Below are positions 1 to 13,052 of a DNA stretch of 64,000 bases, one piece after another. Position 1 is the stretch's first letter. Each line of letters starts with the position of its first letter. Origin of the DNA: Octopus sinensis (taxonomy: Eukaryota); contig NC_042998.1 of NCBI RefSeq assembly GCF_006345805.1, forward strand, positions 166,470,001 to 166,534,000. The letters run 5' to 3'. The position numbers and the translations under genes are program-made. The notes under the pieces were generated by a model, which saw nothing but the letters and a program-made list of their open reading frames with translations, was not told the DNA's origin and did no database searches.

Positions 1-8
1 GAAATATA

Positions 9-41
<33 letters not shown>

Positions 42-115
42 TGTATGTATGTATGTATGTATGTATGTATGTATGTATGTATGCTTGTATGTATGTATGC
101 ATGCATGCATGCATG
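1..115. repeat. (TATG)n tetranucleotide microsatellite; representative of many TA/CA/TATG arrays across the window
   Basis: Direct tandem TATG/TGCA units. Confidence 0.95.
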
Positions 116-767
116 TACGATGAGAATGAGAGCTGCGACTGCAGTTGCATATATCTATAAATAACTGCCGGGATTTTCTTCTCGTGTGTTTATTTACGTG
201 TATGTGTGTTTATGTGTAAACTAGAAATTAGTCATTATTATGACTAACAGTCGAAATTACTATGACTAATAAGTCCGTCATTACAAAGTTGAGTGCATTA
301 AATGCCCTTCGCTCTCGTTTTGTCTCTTCTCCGTCCATTCTGTGTTTAACTCACCCGCACTTGAACCAAATATACACATACATACATATAGGCATACAAA
401 CACACGCATATATATGCACATACACACGTATATGCGTGTGTGTGTATGTGTGTGTATATATATATATATTTATATACATGTATGTATGTATGTATGTATG
501 TATGTACGTATGTATGCATGTATGTATGTATATATGTATGTATACAGACACACATGGATGTATAACATTTATATATATATATATATATATAATAAATCTT
601 CTGGGGCTACAAGCTATTGTAGTATCCACCCTTAAGGGTTACCCACATTTAAGTGGCAAATATACTACGTGTGTGTGTGTGTGTATATGTATATATACAT
701 ATATATACATATACATGTTTTTATATATACATGTATATATATGTGTGTGTGTGTGTGTGTGGTGTGT

Positions 768-1085
768 GGAGGCGCAATGGCCCAGTGGTTAGGGCAGCGT
801 ACTCGCGGTCATAGGATCGCGGTTTCGATTCCAAGACCGGGCGTTGTGAGTGTTTATTGAGCGAAAACACCTAAAGTTCCTCGAGGCTCCGGCAAGGGAT
901 GGTGGCGAACCCTGCTGTATTCTTTCATCACAACTTTCTCTCACTCTTTCTTCCTGGTTCTGTTGTACTTGTGTCATGCTGAATCTCCCCGAGAACTACG
1001 TTAAAGGGACACGTATCTGCGGAGTGCTCAGCCACTTGCTCTAATTTCATGAGCAGGCTGTTCCGTTTATCGTAACTACAGTGCC
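768..1085 (+). mobile_element. tRNA-derived SINE, family A (internally deleted copy)
   Basis: Head GGAGGCGCAATGGCCCAGTGGTTAGG with A box and B-box-like GGTTTCGATTCC; nearly identical to the copy at 52608-52990. Confidence 0.85.
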
Positions 1086-1093
1086 ACTGTATA

Positions 1094-1124
<31 letters not shown>

Positions 1125-1229
1125 GAAAAATATATTATTATACATGTATATATCTACTATACATGATTATATTATAACACACGCACACATACACACACAC
1201 ACACACACAACACACACACACACACCTGG

Positions 1230-1490
1230 CGCATGGAGATTGAGATTTCAATTCCTAGAGCGGGTGGGGAGTTGTTTTCAAGAGCAAAACACTTCATTTC
1301 ATGTTATTCTGCGATCTCTTCGACACCTGACGCGTGGTAGACCGTGCACCTATACGGACAGCGTCGATTTGATGGAGAGAGTGAGCACGAACATCTGATC
1401 GCTACAAACAAATCATTTTGTGCAGGTCGTTCGGCAGAAGCTGAACGCTCATACGTATGAGGTCAGCAGTTTCGAGCACGGGGATAAATG
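1230..1490 (+). mobile_element. SINE family E (D-type central block, distinct tail)
   Basis: Shares the GAGCAAAACACTTCATTTCA-type block with family D; tail matches the reverse complement of 46281-46538. Confidence 0.65.
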
Positions 1491-2392
1491 GATTACGTCT
1501 ACCCAAATGTTCAACTAGTTTTCCTTTCATTCACCCCGAAAATATGAAAGGCAAATGTCGACCGTGGGAGAATTCGGTACTATATATTATGCAAGGATTT
1601 GAACTCAGAACGAACAAGCTGCTAAACATTTTGTACGGTGTGCTGATGACTCTACCAACTTGCCGCCTTTTTATGACGTGTCATAATAAGACGAGATAGC
1701 AATAACAGGAATGATATGGATCAGAGATCATTGTTCTTCTTATACAGACCTCGCCTGTTTTTGTGTACGTATTTACACAAGAACTGTACTCGATTAAGGT
1801 ATAATATTGATACTCATTAAATAGATATTCTAGAGTTTATAAGATAAATTCAACCTAGTTTATATATGAACTCATGCTTCTAGGTAACGAAACCAGATGC
1901 CATAGAAAAGTTGGAACGATGTCGGGATCAAAAATTATCATCGAGTTCAAATCCCGTCAAGGACAGCACTACCTTTCAGCATTGCCTCCGGAGTCGAAAA
2001 ATTAAAGTACCAATCAAGTACTGGGGTTGATGGTATCGGCTAAACAACCACCCTCATAATTCTGATTCAAATTAGAAACCAAAATTAAAATTCACATGAA
2101 AAGAATTGTCTTAAGATGTTAGTAAGCAGTTTCAAATACCATAGAAGATAGAAAGAATATTTTCTTTTGTTGTCTCATATTGTTTATACTTCTAAATCTG
2201 TGTGTGTGAGAGAGGGGGAGAGAGAATTTGTGTGTGTGTATATGAAAGAGAGAGTATGTGTGTGTGTGTGTGTGTGTATGAGAAAGAAAGAGAAAGTTTG
2301 TGCAAAACAGACAGAGTTTGTGTGTGTGAGGGAGAGAGACAGAGTTTGTGTGCGTGTGTGTAAATGTGTGTGTGTGACAGAGAGAGAGAGAT

Positions 2393-2426
<34 letters not shown>

Positions 2427-2793
2427 TGTGTGTTTGTGTGTAAGGAAGAGAGAGTGGTTTGAGTGTGTGAGGGAAAGAGAGAGAGAGTTTGTGTATGAAG
2501 GAGAGAGAGAGAGAGAGGGTTTGTGTTGTGAGGGAGAGAAAGAGTTTGTGTGTGAGTTAGGGAAAAAGTGTTTGTGCGTGTGAGGGAGAGAAAGAGTATT
2601 TATGTGTGTGAGGGAGAAAGAGAGTTTGTGTATGAAGTAAAGAGAGTGGGTTTGTGTGTGAGGAAGAGAGAGAGAGGAGAGAGGTTTGTGTGTGTCAGGG
2701 AGAGAGAGAGCTATGTGTGTGTGAAGAGAAGTGAGAGAGACAGTGTGTGTGGTCTATGTGTGTCTGTGTGTGCGTGTGCAAGTGCGTGCGCGA

Positions 2794-2842
<49 letters not shown>

Positions 2843-3349
2843 ATATATATATTTGGAACACTTGTTAAAACAGTTCACATTAAAAATCATATTTTTAAAA
2901 AGTATGTACACGGTTTCAAATATCATGGAAGACAAGAAACAATTTCTTCTTTGTATTGCTTCACATTTAAAATTTTTCTATTTTAATTGAAATATCAAGG
3001 TTACATACTCTGTAAGTAGGACTGTAAAATATATAAAAATTTAAAAGCGCAATAATGTCCTACATTTTAGAAGTATAAACATCCGGATGGATGAAAGCCG
3101 ATGTGGACTGCGACGCTATTCGACCTCAATGAGAATTTTAATACCGACGTAATTCTAATAGATATACTGTCATACGGCTTTTGGTTTCGTGTGCCTCGAA
3201 TATGGGTTCAAATGTTGACGACCGAATTTGTCAGATAAACTTTAGAAGATTGAATGAAAGAATATCAATATTATACTAAGGCAGCGAACGGACAAAATCC
3301 TTAGCTCGACGGGCAAAATGCTTAATTGCTTTGCGGCGATCTGGCAAAG

Positions 3350-4320
3350 GGCGGCGAGCTGGCAGAATCGTTAGTAGGCCGGGCGAAATACGTAGCCGTA
3401 TTTCGTCTGCCATTACGTTCTTAGTTCAAATTCCGCCGAGGTCGACTTTGCTTTCATCCTTTCGGGGTCGGTAAATAAAGTACCAGTTTCGCACTGTGGT
3501 CGATGTAATCTACTTAATCCGTTTGTCTGTCCTTGTTTGTGCCCTCTCTGTTTAGCCCCTTGTGGGCAATAAAGATATATAATTGCTTTGCTTTTCATCC
3601 TTCGGGGTCGATAAAATAAGTACTAGTTGAGCACTGGGGTCGAAGTGATCGACTTATCCCTTCACTCTAAATTGCTGGCCTTGTACCAAAACTTGAAATC
3701 AATATTATACTTTAGACATAAGGCGACGTGCTGGCAGAATCGTTAGCACGTCCGGCAGAATGCTAAACGGTATTTCGTCCGTCTTTACATACTGAGTTCA
3801 AATTCCACCGAGGTCGACTTTGCCTTTCATCCTTTCGGAGTCGATAAAATAAGTATCAGTTGAGCCCTGGAGGTTGATGTAATCGGCTTAAGCCCTTCCC
3901 CAAAATCGATGGCCTTGTGCCAAATTTTGAAACCAATATTACACCTTAAACCATACTCAGCGCCATTTCTTCAGGCTCTTTATATTTTGAGTTCAAATCT
4001 ACCGAGGTCAACTTTGCATTTCATCCTTTAGGGGGTCAATTAAATAAGTACAAGTTGAACACTGGTGTTGTCGTAATCGACAAAATCCCTCCCTCAAATT
4101 TCAAGTCTTGTGTCTATAGTAGAAAAGAATACTATACTTTGAGCCATGCTTAGCGGCACCTCTTTCGGCTCTTTAGGTTTTGAGTTCAAATCCGCCGAGG
4201 TTGACTTTGTCTTTCATCATTATGGGGTAGACTGAATAAGTACCATTTGAACACTGGAGTCGACGTAATCGACAAAATCCCTCTACCCGAATTTGCAAGC
4301 CTTGCACCAGAATTTGTAAT
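3350..4320 (+). mobile_element. Cluster of about four tRNA-derived SINEs, family B
   Basis: Head GGCGGCGAGCTGGCAGAATCGTTAG, B box GAGTTCAAATTCC, conserved block GTCGACTTTGCCTTTCATCCTTTCGGGGTCGATAAA (resembles the Meta/Sauria SINE central domain, from recall); copies begin near 3350, 3720, 3955 and 4140. Confidence 0.85.
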
Positions 4321-4827
4321 ATTTATTATATCCGAATCGACTTCCTCTCTTCCATACAAAAGTTAGTATAATACTTATGCCAGAATCTTGTTTTGTAGCT
4401 TGAAATTTCTTAAATGTCCAAAACAAAACAAAAAAAGAAGAAAATTAAAAACTAACATTAATACAGCTATCATAATGTAGGGATGCACAGTAAGTTTCTA
4501 GGTGTCAGAGTTAATAAAATGATTACCATCTCCCAGATCTTCTCTTCCAATACACACACACACACACATATGTGTATGTATATATATATACCACACCCAG
4601 CTGACTAATTGTTAGTTAAGACATTAACGAGATTATAGCGGACCATTACAACTTAGTGTATAAGTGGTGCAATAAAACACAAAATCCTTTATTTAACAAT
4701 GTGACGATGTATTACACGGTTGCACAGTGCAGTTTGCATTCACTAATTATCATAAAATATAATTATCAAGTAAGTAAGAAGACGGTAATCATGTATTTTG
4801 CCGAATTAAAAGTAATTACCTACTTAC

Positions 4828-4999
4828 CAAATGCCATAAATTACAAGTGTCACAATAATGTTCATAAACGGTCAGGCATAATTTGTGTTCAGAGAGAGAA
4901 TATAAAACAACTCTTGTCTTGGTGTCATCTACTGATCTGTGGTACACCGACCGTGATGTGACATAAGCCTTAGGATCCCATTGACCTAAGGACGGACGT
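4828..4999 (-). CDS. Candidate internal coding exon, product unidentified (RPSLGQWDPKAYVTSRSVYHRSVDDTKTRVVLYSLSEHKLCLTVYEHYCDTCNLWHL)
   Basis: 57 open codons between acceptor AAACTACACAG and donor TTG|GTAAGT; start phase matches the end phase of the 5930-6098 candidate; no recognised homology. Confidence 0.35.
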
Positions 5000-5929
5000 C
5001 TGTGTAGTTTAACAAACATGTGTGTTAAAATTTATTCATGAGAATTCTTGATCACGTTATTTTTTAAGTTTACAAAGATGATGTTTTCGTAGGGTTTTTA
5101 GAGCATCGGATAAAATACTTTGAAGAGTTTCTACCACTTCCTTACGTTCTGAGTTCAAATACCACAGAAGTCCACTTTACCTTTCATTCTCCTCGGGATC
5201 GTCAAAAATAGAGAATTAGTCAAGGATTTGTGTCATTATAGATGACCTAATCCAATCTGGTGTTTGTAACCCTATGTTTGTGTTCGAAATTATTAATTTT
5301 ATATTCCGAAATATCATTACTTTCAGAACAGCACTTGGATTCGGCTGGAAAATTTGAGTCAGAAGCAAGTGCAACATAGCCTGTCACTTCTGTTATCAAT
5401 TGCTTGTACGTTATTCATGTTACGCTCCTTAGTTCATCCACGAAATAAAGACGGTAGTATTGTTTGCTTAATTCACAGACCACAGATGTAACTTTATCAA
5501 AGCGATTGAGTTAGAGCAGGCATCAGGGCTAGCAGCGCAGATAGACTTAAAATGTATAAAAAACTTTTTCCCTCTGAGGAGTATCCTCGCCTTCAGAGCC
5601 TATAACAATCTCTTGCATAGCTTTGATTACAATCAGGTATTAGCATCAGCTCTAGTGAAGAACAAAGCGCAAATATGTACAACAAGAACGGGTGGAATAC
5701 AATTTTTTCTGTACTTGGGTCCCTACTAGGCGTGGAAGTGGGCATGTGACTAGGGACTCTTCTCACAATGCCATCGATATTATTCCAGCCAAATTCAATC
5801 TTTACTCCAATTAGGATAATTACTCCGAGATTAGATATCACTGACGTAGAACATCCTTTGTGGAACTGAGCCCCTCCGAGCTATATAATATTTGAGTCAA
5901 ATTAATTGTTGTAATTTACCGAAACTTAC

Positions 5930-6098
5930 ATCCCTGAAAGGGTACTTAATCTCCCTACAGTATAGATTTGTATCATCTTGTAATACATATCAACATCTAG
6001 GTATGATGGACTGTTAAATTCTGAATCTTCGTCACAGTCAAAGGTCAATAACAGGCAGCAAATTCTAGCTACCTCATCAACAATGCTAGCCGAAAATT
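5930..6098 (-). CDS. Candidate internal coding exon, product unidentified (FSASIVDEVARICCLLLTFDCDEDSEFNSPSYLDVDMYYKMIQIYTVGRLSTLSG)
   Basis: 55 open codons between acceptor GACTTTTAACAG and donor AT|GTAAGT; non-repetitive sequence; no recognised homology. Confidence 0.35.
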
Positions 6099-6559
6099 CT
6101 GTTAAAAGTCACATCTATCTCTTAGCCACAGGGATTACACGGACTTTTTAATGCATTGTTTGACACACATATACACACCTATAAATTTATAAGTGTGTTT
6201 GTGTGTGCGCGCGTGTATATATGTATGTATATATATAGGAAGAGTTTACGAAAAAAACAAGGAGAGAAACAAGGAAAGAAAAAAATGTGTGGAGTGGCTA
6301 ACGATCTATCATGGCGACTGACTTCCGGACAGAAGGGTCACACAAGAGAGCGAAGAAGTAGGGGAGATAACAAAGTAAAGATGACCCCCAACACGAAGGT
6401 GCGTGTGTGTATAACAGAGTATGTATGTGCTTGTGAAAGAGGGCTGGTGGTCTGAACGTGTGGGTGTATGTATGTGTAGGTATGAAAATGTGTGGATGGG
6501 AATTGGTCAGTGCTGGTGTGTGGTGTGGTGTGTTGTGATGTGATGTGTAATGTTGTGTG

Positions 6560-7369
6560 ATGTAGTGTGGTGTGGTGTGATGTTGTTGGGAGGTGGGGAG
6601 GCGAGCGTGGTGAAAGCACGGATGGGGTGTGGGTCCGGCTGAGGGTTGGGGTAGAGTTGGGGTATGTGGGTAGGCAGAGGTGGGGTTTTGGGTAGACAGG
6701 GTGGTGGAGTCAGTAGAGGTGGGTTATGTGGGAGAGCGTGTAGGGGATAGGATGGGGGGAGGGGATGGATAGGGAAGGTGGTAGTAGGAATGTGTAGGGG
6801 TGGGTGGGCTTATGGGGAAGGGTGACAATGAAGGGGAAGGGGGAGGAAGGTGGGTATGTGAGGAGAGAGTAGAGAGAGGAGAGAAGAGAGAGAAAGAGAG
6901 AGTAAGAGAGAAGAGAGAAAGAGGGAAAAGAGAGGGGAAGAGGAGGAGAGAAAAAGAGAGAAGAGGAAGAGAAAGAGGGAGAAAGAAGAGGAAAGAGAGT
7001 AAGAGAGAAGAGAGAAAGAGGGAAGAGAGGAAAGAGAGTAGGAGTAGAGGAGAAGAGGAGAAAGAGGGAAGAGAGAAAGAGGTAGGAAGAGAGAAGAGAG
7101 AAGGAGAGAGAGAAGAGCCGAAGAGAGAAAGAGAGTAAGAGAGAAGAGAGAAAGAGAGAAGAGAGTAATAGAGAAGAGAGAAAGAGAGAAGAGGGAAAAA
7201 GAGAAGAGAGAAAGAGAGTAGTGGTGAAGAGAAGTAGGAGTGAAGAGAAAAAGGAGTGAAGAGAAGTAGGAGTAAAGAGAAGTAGGAGTGAAGAGAAGTA
7301 GGAATCGGAATAAGAGAGGAGAGTTGGGTGGGAGGAAGTAGGAGGGGGAGAGAGGCAAGGGGAGGGGGG
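6560..7369. repeat. Purine-rich low-complexity tract (GA/GGA-rich, G/T-rich at its start)
   Basis: About 800 bp, mostly AG-type degenerate repeats; source of the spurious S/L/P-rich and R/E/K-rich ORFs. Confidence 0.9.
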
Positions 7370-7809
7370 CTAGATGAAGAGGGGAGGAGAGTTGAGTCCA
7401 AATGGCGTAAAGAAGCGAAGAGAGAAGATTAATTCCTGTTCACGGGGCAAACGGGAGTAAGGATGGCTTCTGTGCAAGGACAATCCGAACACGGACAGGT
7501 GTTGCAAAGAGTGAGCGGTAGAGCAGAAATGGCGTGAGACCGGGCTGTCATTGCCGAGGCGGATGTCTCAGAGGTGTTCCGCGAATCGGTCAGCCAAGCG
7601 GCGTCCTGTTTGTCCAATGTACAGAGAATGGCAGAGAGAGCAGGAGATGCAATAGATGATATTGGTGGAGGTGCAGATGAAGGAGTCGGTGATGCGATAG
7701 GGTCGATGATGGGTGCCGGTGAGGAGGGTGGTGTTGGAGAGGTAAGGGCAAGTGCAGTAGCGTGGGCGGGAGCAGGGGAACGAGCCAGGTTGGGAGGTAT
7801 GGTTGGGGA
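7370..7809 (-). pseudogene. Penelope-like retroelement C-terminal GIY-YIG endonuclease remnant
   Basis: Translation ...FPCSRPRYCTCPYL...FICTSTNIIYCISCSLCHSLYIGQTGRRLADRFAEHL*DIRLGNDSPVSRHF...REQELIFSLRFFTPFGLN... has the IY-C-x2-C-x3-YIGQT-R-L-x2-R-x2-EH signature; one in-frame stop at 7568-7570; RT region absent. Confidence 0.9.
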
Positions 7810-7904
7810 CACACAATACACACACAGAGAGAAATACACAGAAATTAATGTTATTTTTGCGCCAAGCAACATATAAAAACAATTTAATATTAAACTAAAG
7901 GGTA

Positions 7905-8358
7905 GGCGGCGAGGTGGTAGAATCGTTAGCACACCGTTTAGAATCGTTAGCGGATATTCGTCCGTCCTCGCGTTCTGAGTTCAAATTCCGCTGAGGTCGA
8001 CTTTGCCTTTCATCCTTTCGGGGTCGATTAAATAAGTACCAGTTACGCACTGGGGTCGATATAATCGACTCACACCCTCCCACAAAAATGCTGGCCTTGT
8101 GTCAAAATTTGAAACTAGTATTAAACTAAATAGAAAGTGGTGGGCTGTCAGAATCGTTACCTCATCGGGCAAATTGCTTAGCGACACTTCGGCCATGTTT
8201 ACGTTCTGAGTTAAAATAACGACGTGGTCGACTTTGTATTTTATCTTTTCTGGGTCAATAAAATAAGTACCAGGTGAGCACAGGGGAGGATGCAATCGAT
8301 TTAATCCCTCCCCTTACCGAACTTTCTGGCCCTGTGCCAAAACTTGAAACCAATATGA
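7905..8358 (+). mobile_element. Two adjacent family B SINEs
   Basis: First copy flanked by 12-bp direct repeat TATTAAACTAAA (7888-7899 and 8119-8130); second copy more diverged. Confidence 0.85.
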
Positions 8359-8464
8359 AACCGAAGGGTTATCCAATATTTATCCAAGAAAATGGTTCGA
8401 AACTTCATCTTACTCGTCTCCCTCAGACTTCATATATGTTATATTATATATATATATAATATAT

Positions 8465-8507
<43 letters not shown>

Positions 8508-8567
8508 TATAAATGTGTGTGTGATGTATGTATGTTACACACAATGTATATATGCATGTATATATGC

Positions 8568-8619
<52 letters not shown>

Positions 8620-9200
8620 CATGCATATAAACATCTATACTTAAATACTATATATACGTACATATATATATACGCGTAGAAAAGATATAATATCACACTA
8701 ACAAGAAAACTATACCCGATGCCACCCCAAGAAAACAGTTTGCTTAATGGAAGACCCTGCCAAATTTCACAGTTAACTTCTCTTTTCAGAGAAAAGTACG
8801 CGTTACTTTAATTAGATTTAGCACCCTCTATCATTTTGCTCAACTAATTCCCTTCGTCTACTCGTGGGAATTGCTCCAAATTAGAATCATTATCCCCTAA
8901 AGACTACACTTGTATAATTAAATTGTTTCAATTTTCCCAACTCATTCCGGCTTCAAAATTTCAATTCTCTCTTACTACAGTGTGCGTGTACACACACACA
9001 CTCATACACACACACACATACACACACACACACATACGCACACACAAACACATTCACACACACACGCGCGCGCCACACACACACAATGCACGTACATATA
9101 TATATACACGCACATAGATATACACATATGCACAAATATACAGTGTGTATGTGTGTGTGTGCGTGTGTGTGTGTGTGTATAATGTATATCTGTATATATA

Positions 9201-9752
9201 GGCGCAGGCGTAGGTGTGTGGTAAGAAGCTTGCTGTGTGGTAAGATGCTTACAACAACATGGTTCTAGTTCAGTCCCCACGCGTGGCACATTGGGCGAGG
9301 GTCTTTTACTATAACCTCGAGTCGGCCAAAGCCTTGTGAGTGGATTTGGTAGAGGGAAGCTAAAAGAAAGCTATTGTGTATATACATGCATGTGTGTATG
9401 TGTATGAGTCTTTGAATCTGTGTTTCTACCCGCATGACAAATGGTAACTTAGTTCGGAAATAGAATAAGTCCGTCATATATATATTTGTGTGTATGTGTA
9501 TGTATGTATGTATGTATGTATGTATGTATGTATGTATGTATGTATGTATGTATGTATGTATGTATGTGTGGTGTGTGTGTGTGTTCGTGCCCGTGTTTGT
9601 CGATTTGGCAACCGATGCTGGTGTGTTTACGTCCCCGTAACTTACAAAGAATAAGTTTTGGGGTCGATTTGTTTAACTAAAACCCTTAAGGTGGTGCTCG
9701 AACATAGCCGCAGTCAAATGCCTGAAACAAGTAAAAGAATAAAAGAAAGAAT
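9201..9752 (+). mobile_element. CORE-like tRNA-derived SINE, family C, with internal microsatellite
   Basis: Head GGCGCAGGCGTAGGTGTGTGGTAAG, CORE-like GGCACATTGGGCGAGGGTCTT block, tail ...GAAACAAGTAAAAGAATAAAAG; resembles octopus OR-type SINEs (from recall). Confidence 0.75.
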
Positions 9753-9754
9753 AA

Positions 9755-9792
<38 letters not shown>

Positions 9793-9996
9793 TATATGTA
9801 TATATATGATATATACATTTTATATATGAATGTATTATATATATATATGCATATTATATGTGTGTGTGCGTGTATGTGTGTGTATCTATCCATATATATA
9901 TATATACATACATATAATATATATATACATATATATATATGAGATATACAATATAATTATGAATGTGTATATATATGTATACATACATACATATAT

Positions 9997-10054
<58 letters not shown>

Positions 10055-11160
10055 GTAGAGATCTGCGTTTTCACTTTTCACGCGAAAACGGCTTCACCAA
10101 TTGCTTTCATGCTTGTGAGGCATGAATAATTTGACTCCGAACAAATAATAGGCTGTTCATTTGATTTTTTTTATTAACAATTAGCAAAAATAAAAAATAT
10201 TGCTTTTTATATTACATTCACGTCTTTGAAAGTTTTTAAAATATTTACTTCCAATTATATAGCGTCAGTGAGGTAATATATCTCTTTATGTATATATCAC
10301 TATCTATCTCTCTCTATATCTCTCTATCTCTCTCTAACATATTTCTCTATCTATATCTCTTGATTTCACTTTCATTTTTCAGACGCTACACTTTTCACTT
10401 CAATTTTCATACGCCGTTGTTTAACTTCCACGTTATTGTTTTCACTGTAAGTTGAAGTTTCCATTCGCTATTTACAAAAAAAAAAAAAACAACGACAAAT
10501 TACTGGCAGAAAGAAGTTCACAATTACTGATGAAAGTAATTTTATAATTTACTGACAGAAGTATCTTCATAAATTTCAATTCAATCCGTACGGTTTTGTG
10601 TTTTTCTGTTGTTGACGGTTTCTTTCTCGTTCCTTCGATACTGGCTCTTTGGTTCACTGACTGACAAATTTCGCTTCAACCTGTACAATACTTTATTTTC
10701 CATTAAAATGTCTTATTTACTTTCTGCTCGTTGTATTAAGAATCATTATTTCCGTTACCGAGTTATTTTCATTGTTTACTATCTTCTGCGCTCGCGTATT
10801 TCTGTATACATATATGACCACGCCTAGAAGGAAAGTGTCAAATTTGTCGGCATAACTACAGATTTGTGCCCCATCCTCCGAATTTGGATGATCATAACTT
10901 TTCGAAAAATGGATATTTTTTAATGAAATTTTCTACGAATATGTGTTATACCATGTAGAATCTGAATGTTTTTTTGGTGGGGGGTAAGTGTTTTAAGAGA
11001 GGGTTGTGGGGAATTTCTGAAAATTCATCGGAATTTACTTCAATTCGTTTTAAGTTTCTAGAAAATGGATATTTTTAAATGAAATTCACTACAAATATAC
11101 CTCGAATTATGTAGATTTCGAGGACACTAGGATTTTTTTGGGGAAACAACTGGGATTATT

Positions 11161-11693
11161 TTTAAGAACTGCTCCCCACTCGGGGGTGTTTCGGAGCAAG
11201 TCATCCATATTTGTTTCATTTTCTCCACTTTGTGCATCTGTAGGTTTCTTCTGAAGCAACAAACAGGCAATGAAGGCAAATGAAGCCCTCACCAGAAAAC
11301 TCGTTATGCTAAAAATAACAGCTATAGGTCTGGTACACAGAAATATGTTATTAAGACGACTTATCTGTTGCATACGATTTTTTTTTCACTTTAAATAAAT
11401 TCTCAGGTAAACGTTTCTAATAGAAAGGCAGAAGACACCAGAAGCAAAAATAAGGAATATACACGCACAATTAGATATATAAGTGTGTAAAGTATAATCT
11501 GTTACATAATCTCTATAATAAACATGATATTGAATGGAATAAGTCCCCGTTTGAACATTATTAATTACATGTGTGTGTGTGTGTATGTGTGTGGTAGAAA
11601 TCTACGGATGCACAAACGCACAAAACGGAGAAAATGAAACAAATATGGATGCCTTGTTCCGAAACACTCCCGAGTGGGGAACAGTTCTCAAAA
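11161..11693. mobile_element. MITE-like element with about 90-bp imperfect terminal inverted repeats
   Basis: 11161-11249 is the diverged reverse complement of 11596-11693. Confidence 0.65.
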
Positions 11694-11772
11694 GCTACTC
11701 AGAGTTCAGCTATCTAAGGCTTCTATTACACCATGCCAAGGGACCCGCATCATTTACAGCCTTACGTATATA

Positions 11773-13052
11773 TTAGGTTGGCAACTTTTTTTGGCCGTTT
11801 TTTAAATTTAAATTTTTTAAAAGGTTTAATAAAAAAAAACAACTAATTAATCAATAATGTATTCACCCTTGTTGTTTACAACTTCTTCCCAACGTTGAAC
11901 AAGATTTTTAATACCTCGTTGGTAGAAATCACCCGATTTCAACTCGAAAATTGATCCAACCAAGCTCTCAATTCTGCATCAGTATTGAACGAAACTCCGC
12001 GCATAGAATTTGAAAGAGATCGAAAGAGGTGGAAATCCGTTGGTGACAAGTCTGGAGAGTACGGCGGGTGTGGCAGCACTTCCCAGCCATGCGTTTGAAT
12101 GGCTTCCTTGGTCATATTGGCGATATGAGGGCGGGCGTTGTCGTGCAGCAGAAGAAGTCCATGCTGCCGATTAGGTCTTTTCTCTTGAATAACCGTGTTG
12201 AGTCGTTCCATAGAGTTCTGCGCAGACCGTTTAGTTCCGCTCAAGCAATTCGTAATGGATAATTCCTTCCCAATCCCACGATACGCGCAACATCATTTTA
12301 CGCGGATGAAGATCTTGTTTCACGCGCGGTGTCGCTTGTTTACCGGGGTTAAGCCATTCTTTACACTACTTCATATTGATGTACAGGCCCCATTCTTTCA
12401 TCGCCAGTAACGATTCGGTAAAGAAATCGTTACTTGTGTCCATGAGTTGAGCGGTGACGAGCAAGTAAACCAGCAGAGATTGTGGCTCGGTGATTTTTGC
12501 TGTTGTCACTTAAAGCATGCGGAACCCATGCTCCATACTTCTGAACCTTTCCTATCGAGTGAAGATGCTTCTCTATAGTAGTGTGGCAGCATTCCATTTT
12601 CTCTGTCTGTTCCCTTGTCGTTTGACGAGAATTTTCGTGCAAAAGTTGGTTTAATCGGTCTTCATAGAACTCAACTGAAGGCCAGAACGAGGTGCATCTT
12701 TGTGGTCAAAATTTCCATTTTTGAACTCGGCATACCAATCACGAGCGGTTCTTTCAGCTATGACACCCTCTCCATACACAGCACAAATGTCGCGAGCAGC
12801 TTTTGCGACCTTAGAACTTTGATTAAAAGCAAAAAGAAGGAGGTGTTGAAAATGCTCGTTTTTCTTAACTTGACATTCCATTTTAATGATCTGAAAATGA
12901 ACAAAATTGAACTAAAATGAACTAGAAGAAAAACAAAATAGATTCCAAATTGATTCAAAAATAGAATTCTCGAAAAAAATAGATTGCCAAATTTATAAAC
13001 GCAATAAATTCCAAAATTATAAAAAAACAACGGGAACTTAGTTACCGACCCA

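Noticed and set aside
768-845. tRNA-like sequences at SINE heads (also 23665, 30229, 52608)
   Set aside because: A and B boxes are present, but each continues into a repeated SINE body and I could not fold a complete cloverleaf; not called as tRNA genes
4816-5880. The 4816-5019 ORF is in the same frame as the 5593-6107 frame
   Set aside because: The intervening frame has many stops and includes a SINE remnant (about 5100-5220), so the shared frame is probably coincidental
5881-5927. Stop codons rescued by A-to-I editing to make one long ORF
   Set aside because: It would need three separate stops in an AT-rich intron-like stretch to be recoded; nothing in the sequence supports this
10060-10830. 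Possible second Helitron (TCACGCGAAAACGGCT-type core after (TA)n)
   Set aside because: No convincing 3' hairpin plus CTRR terminus found, so boundaries and class are unsupported
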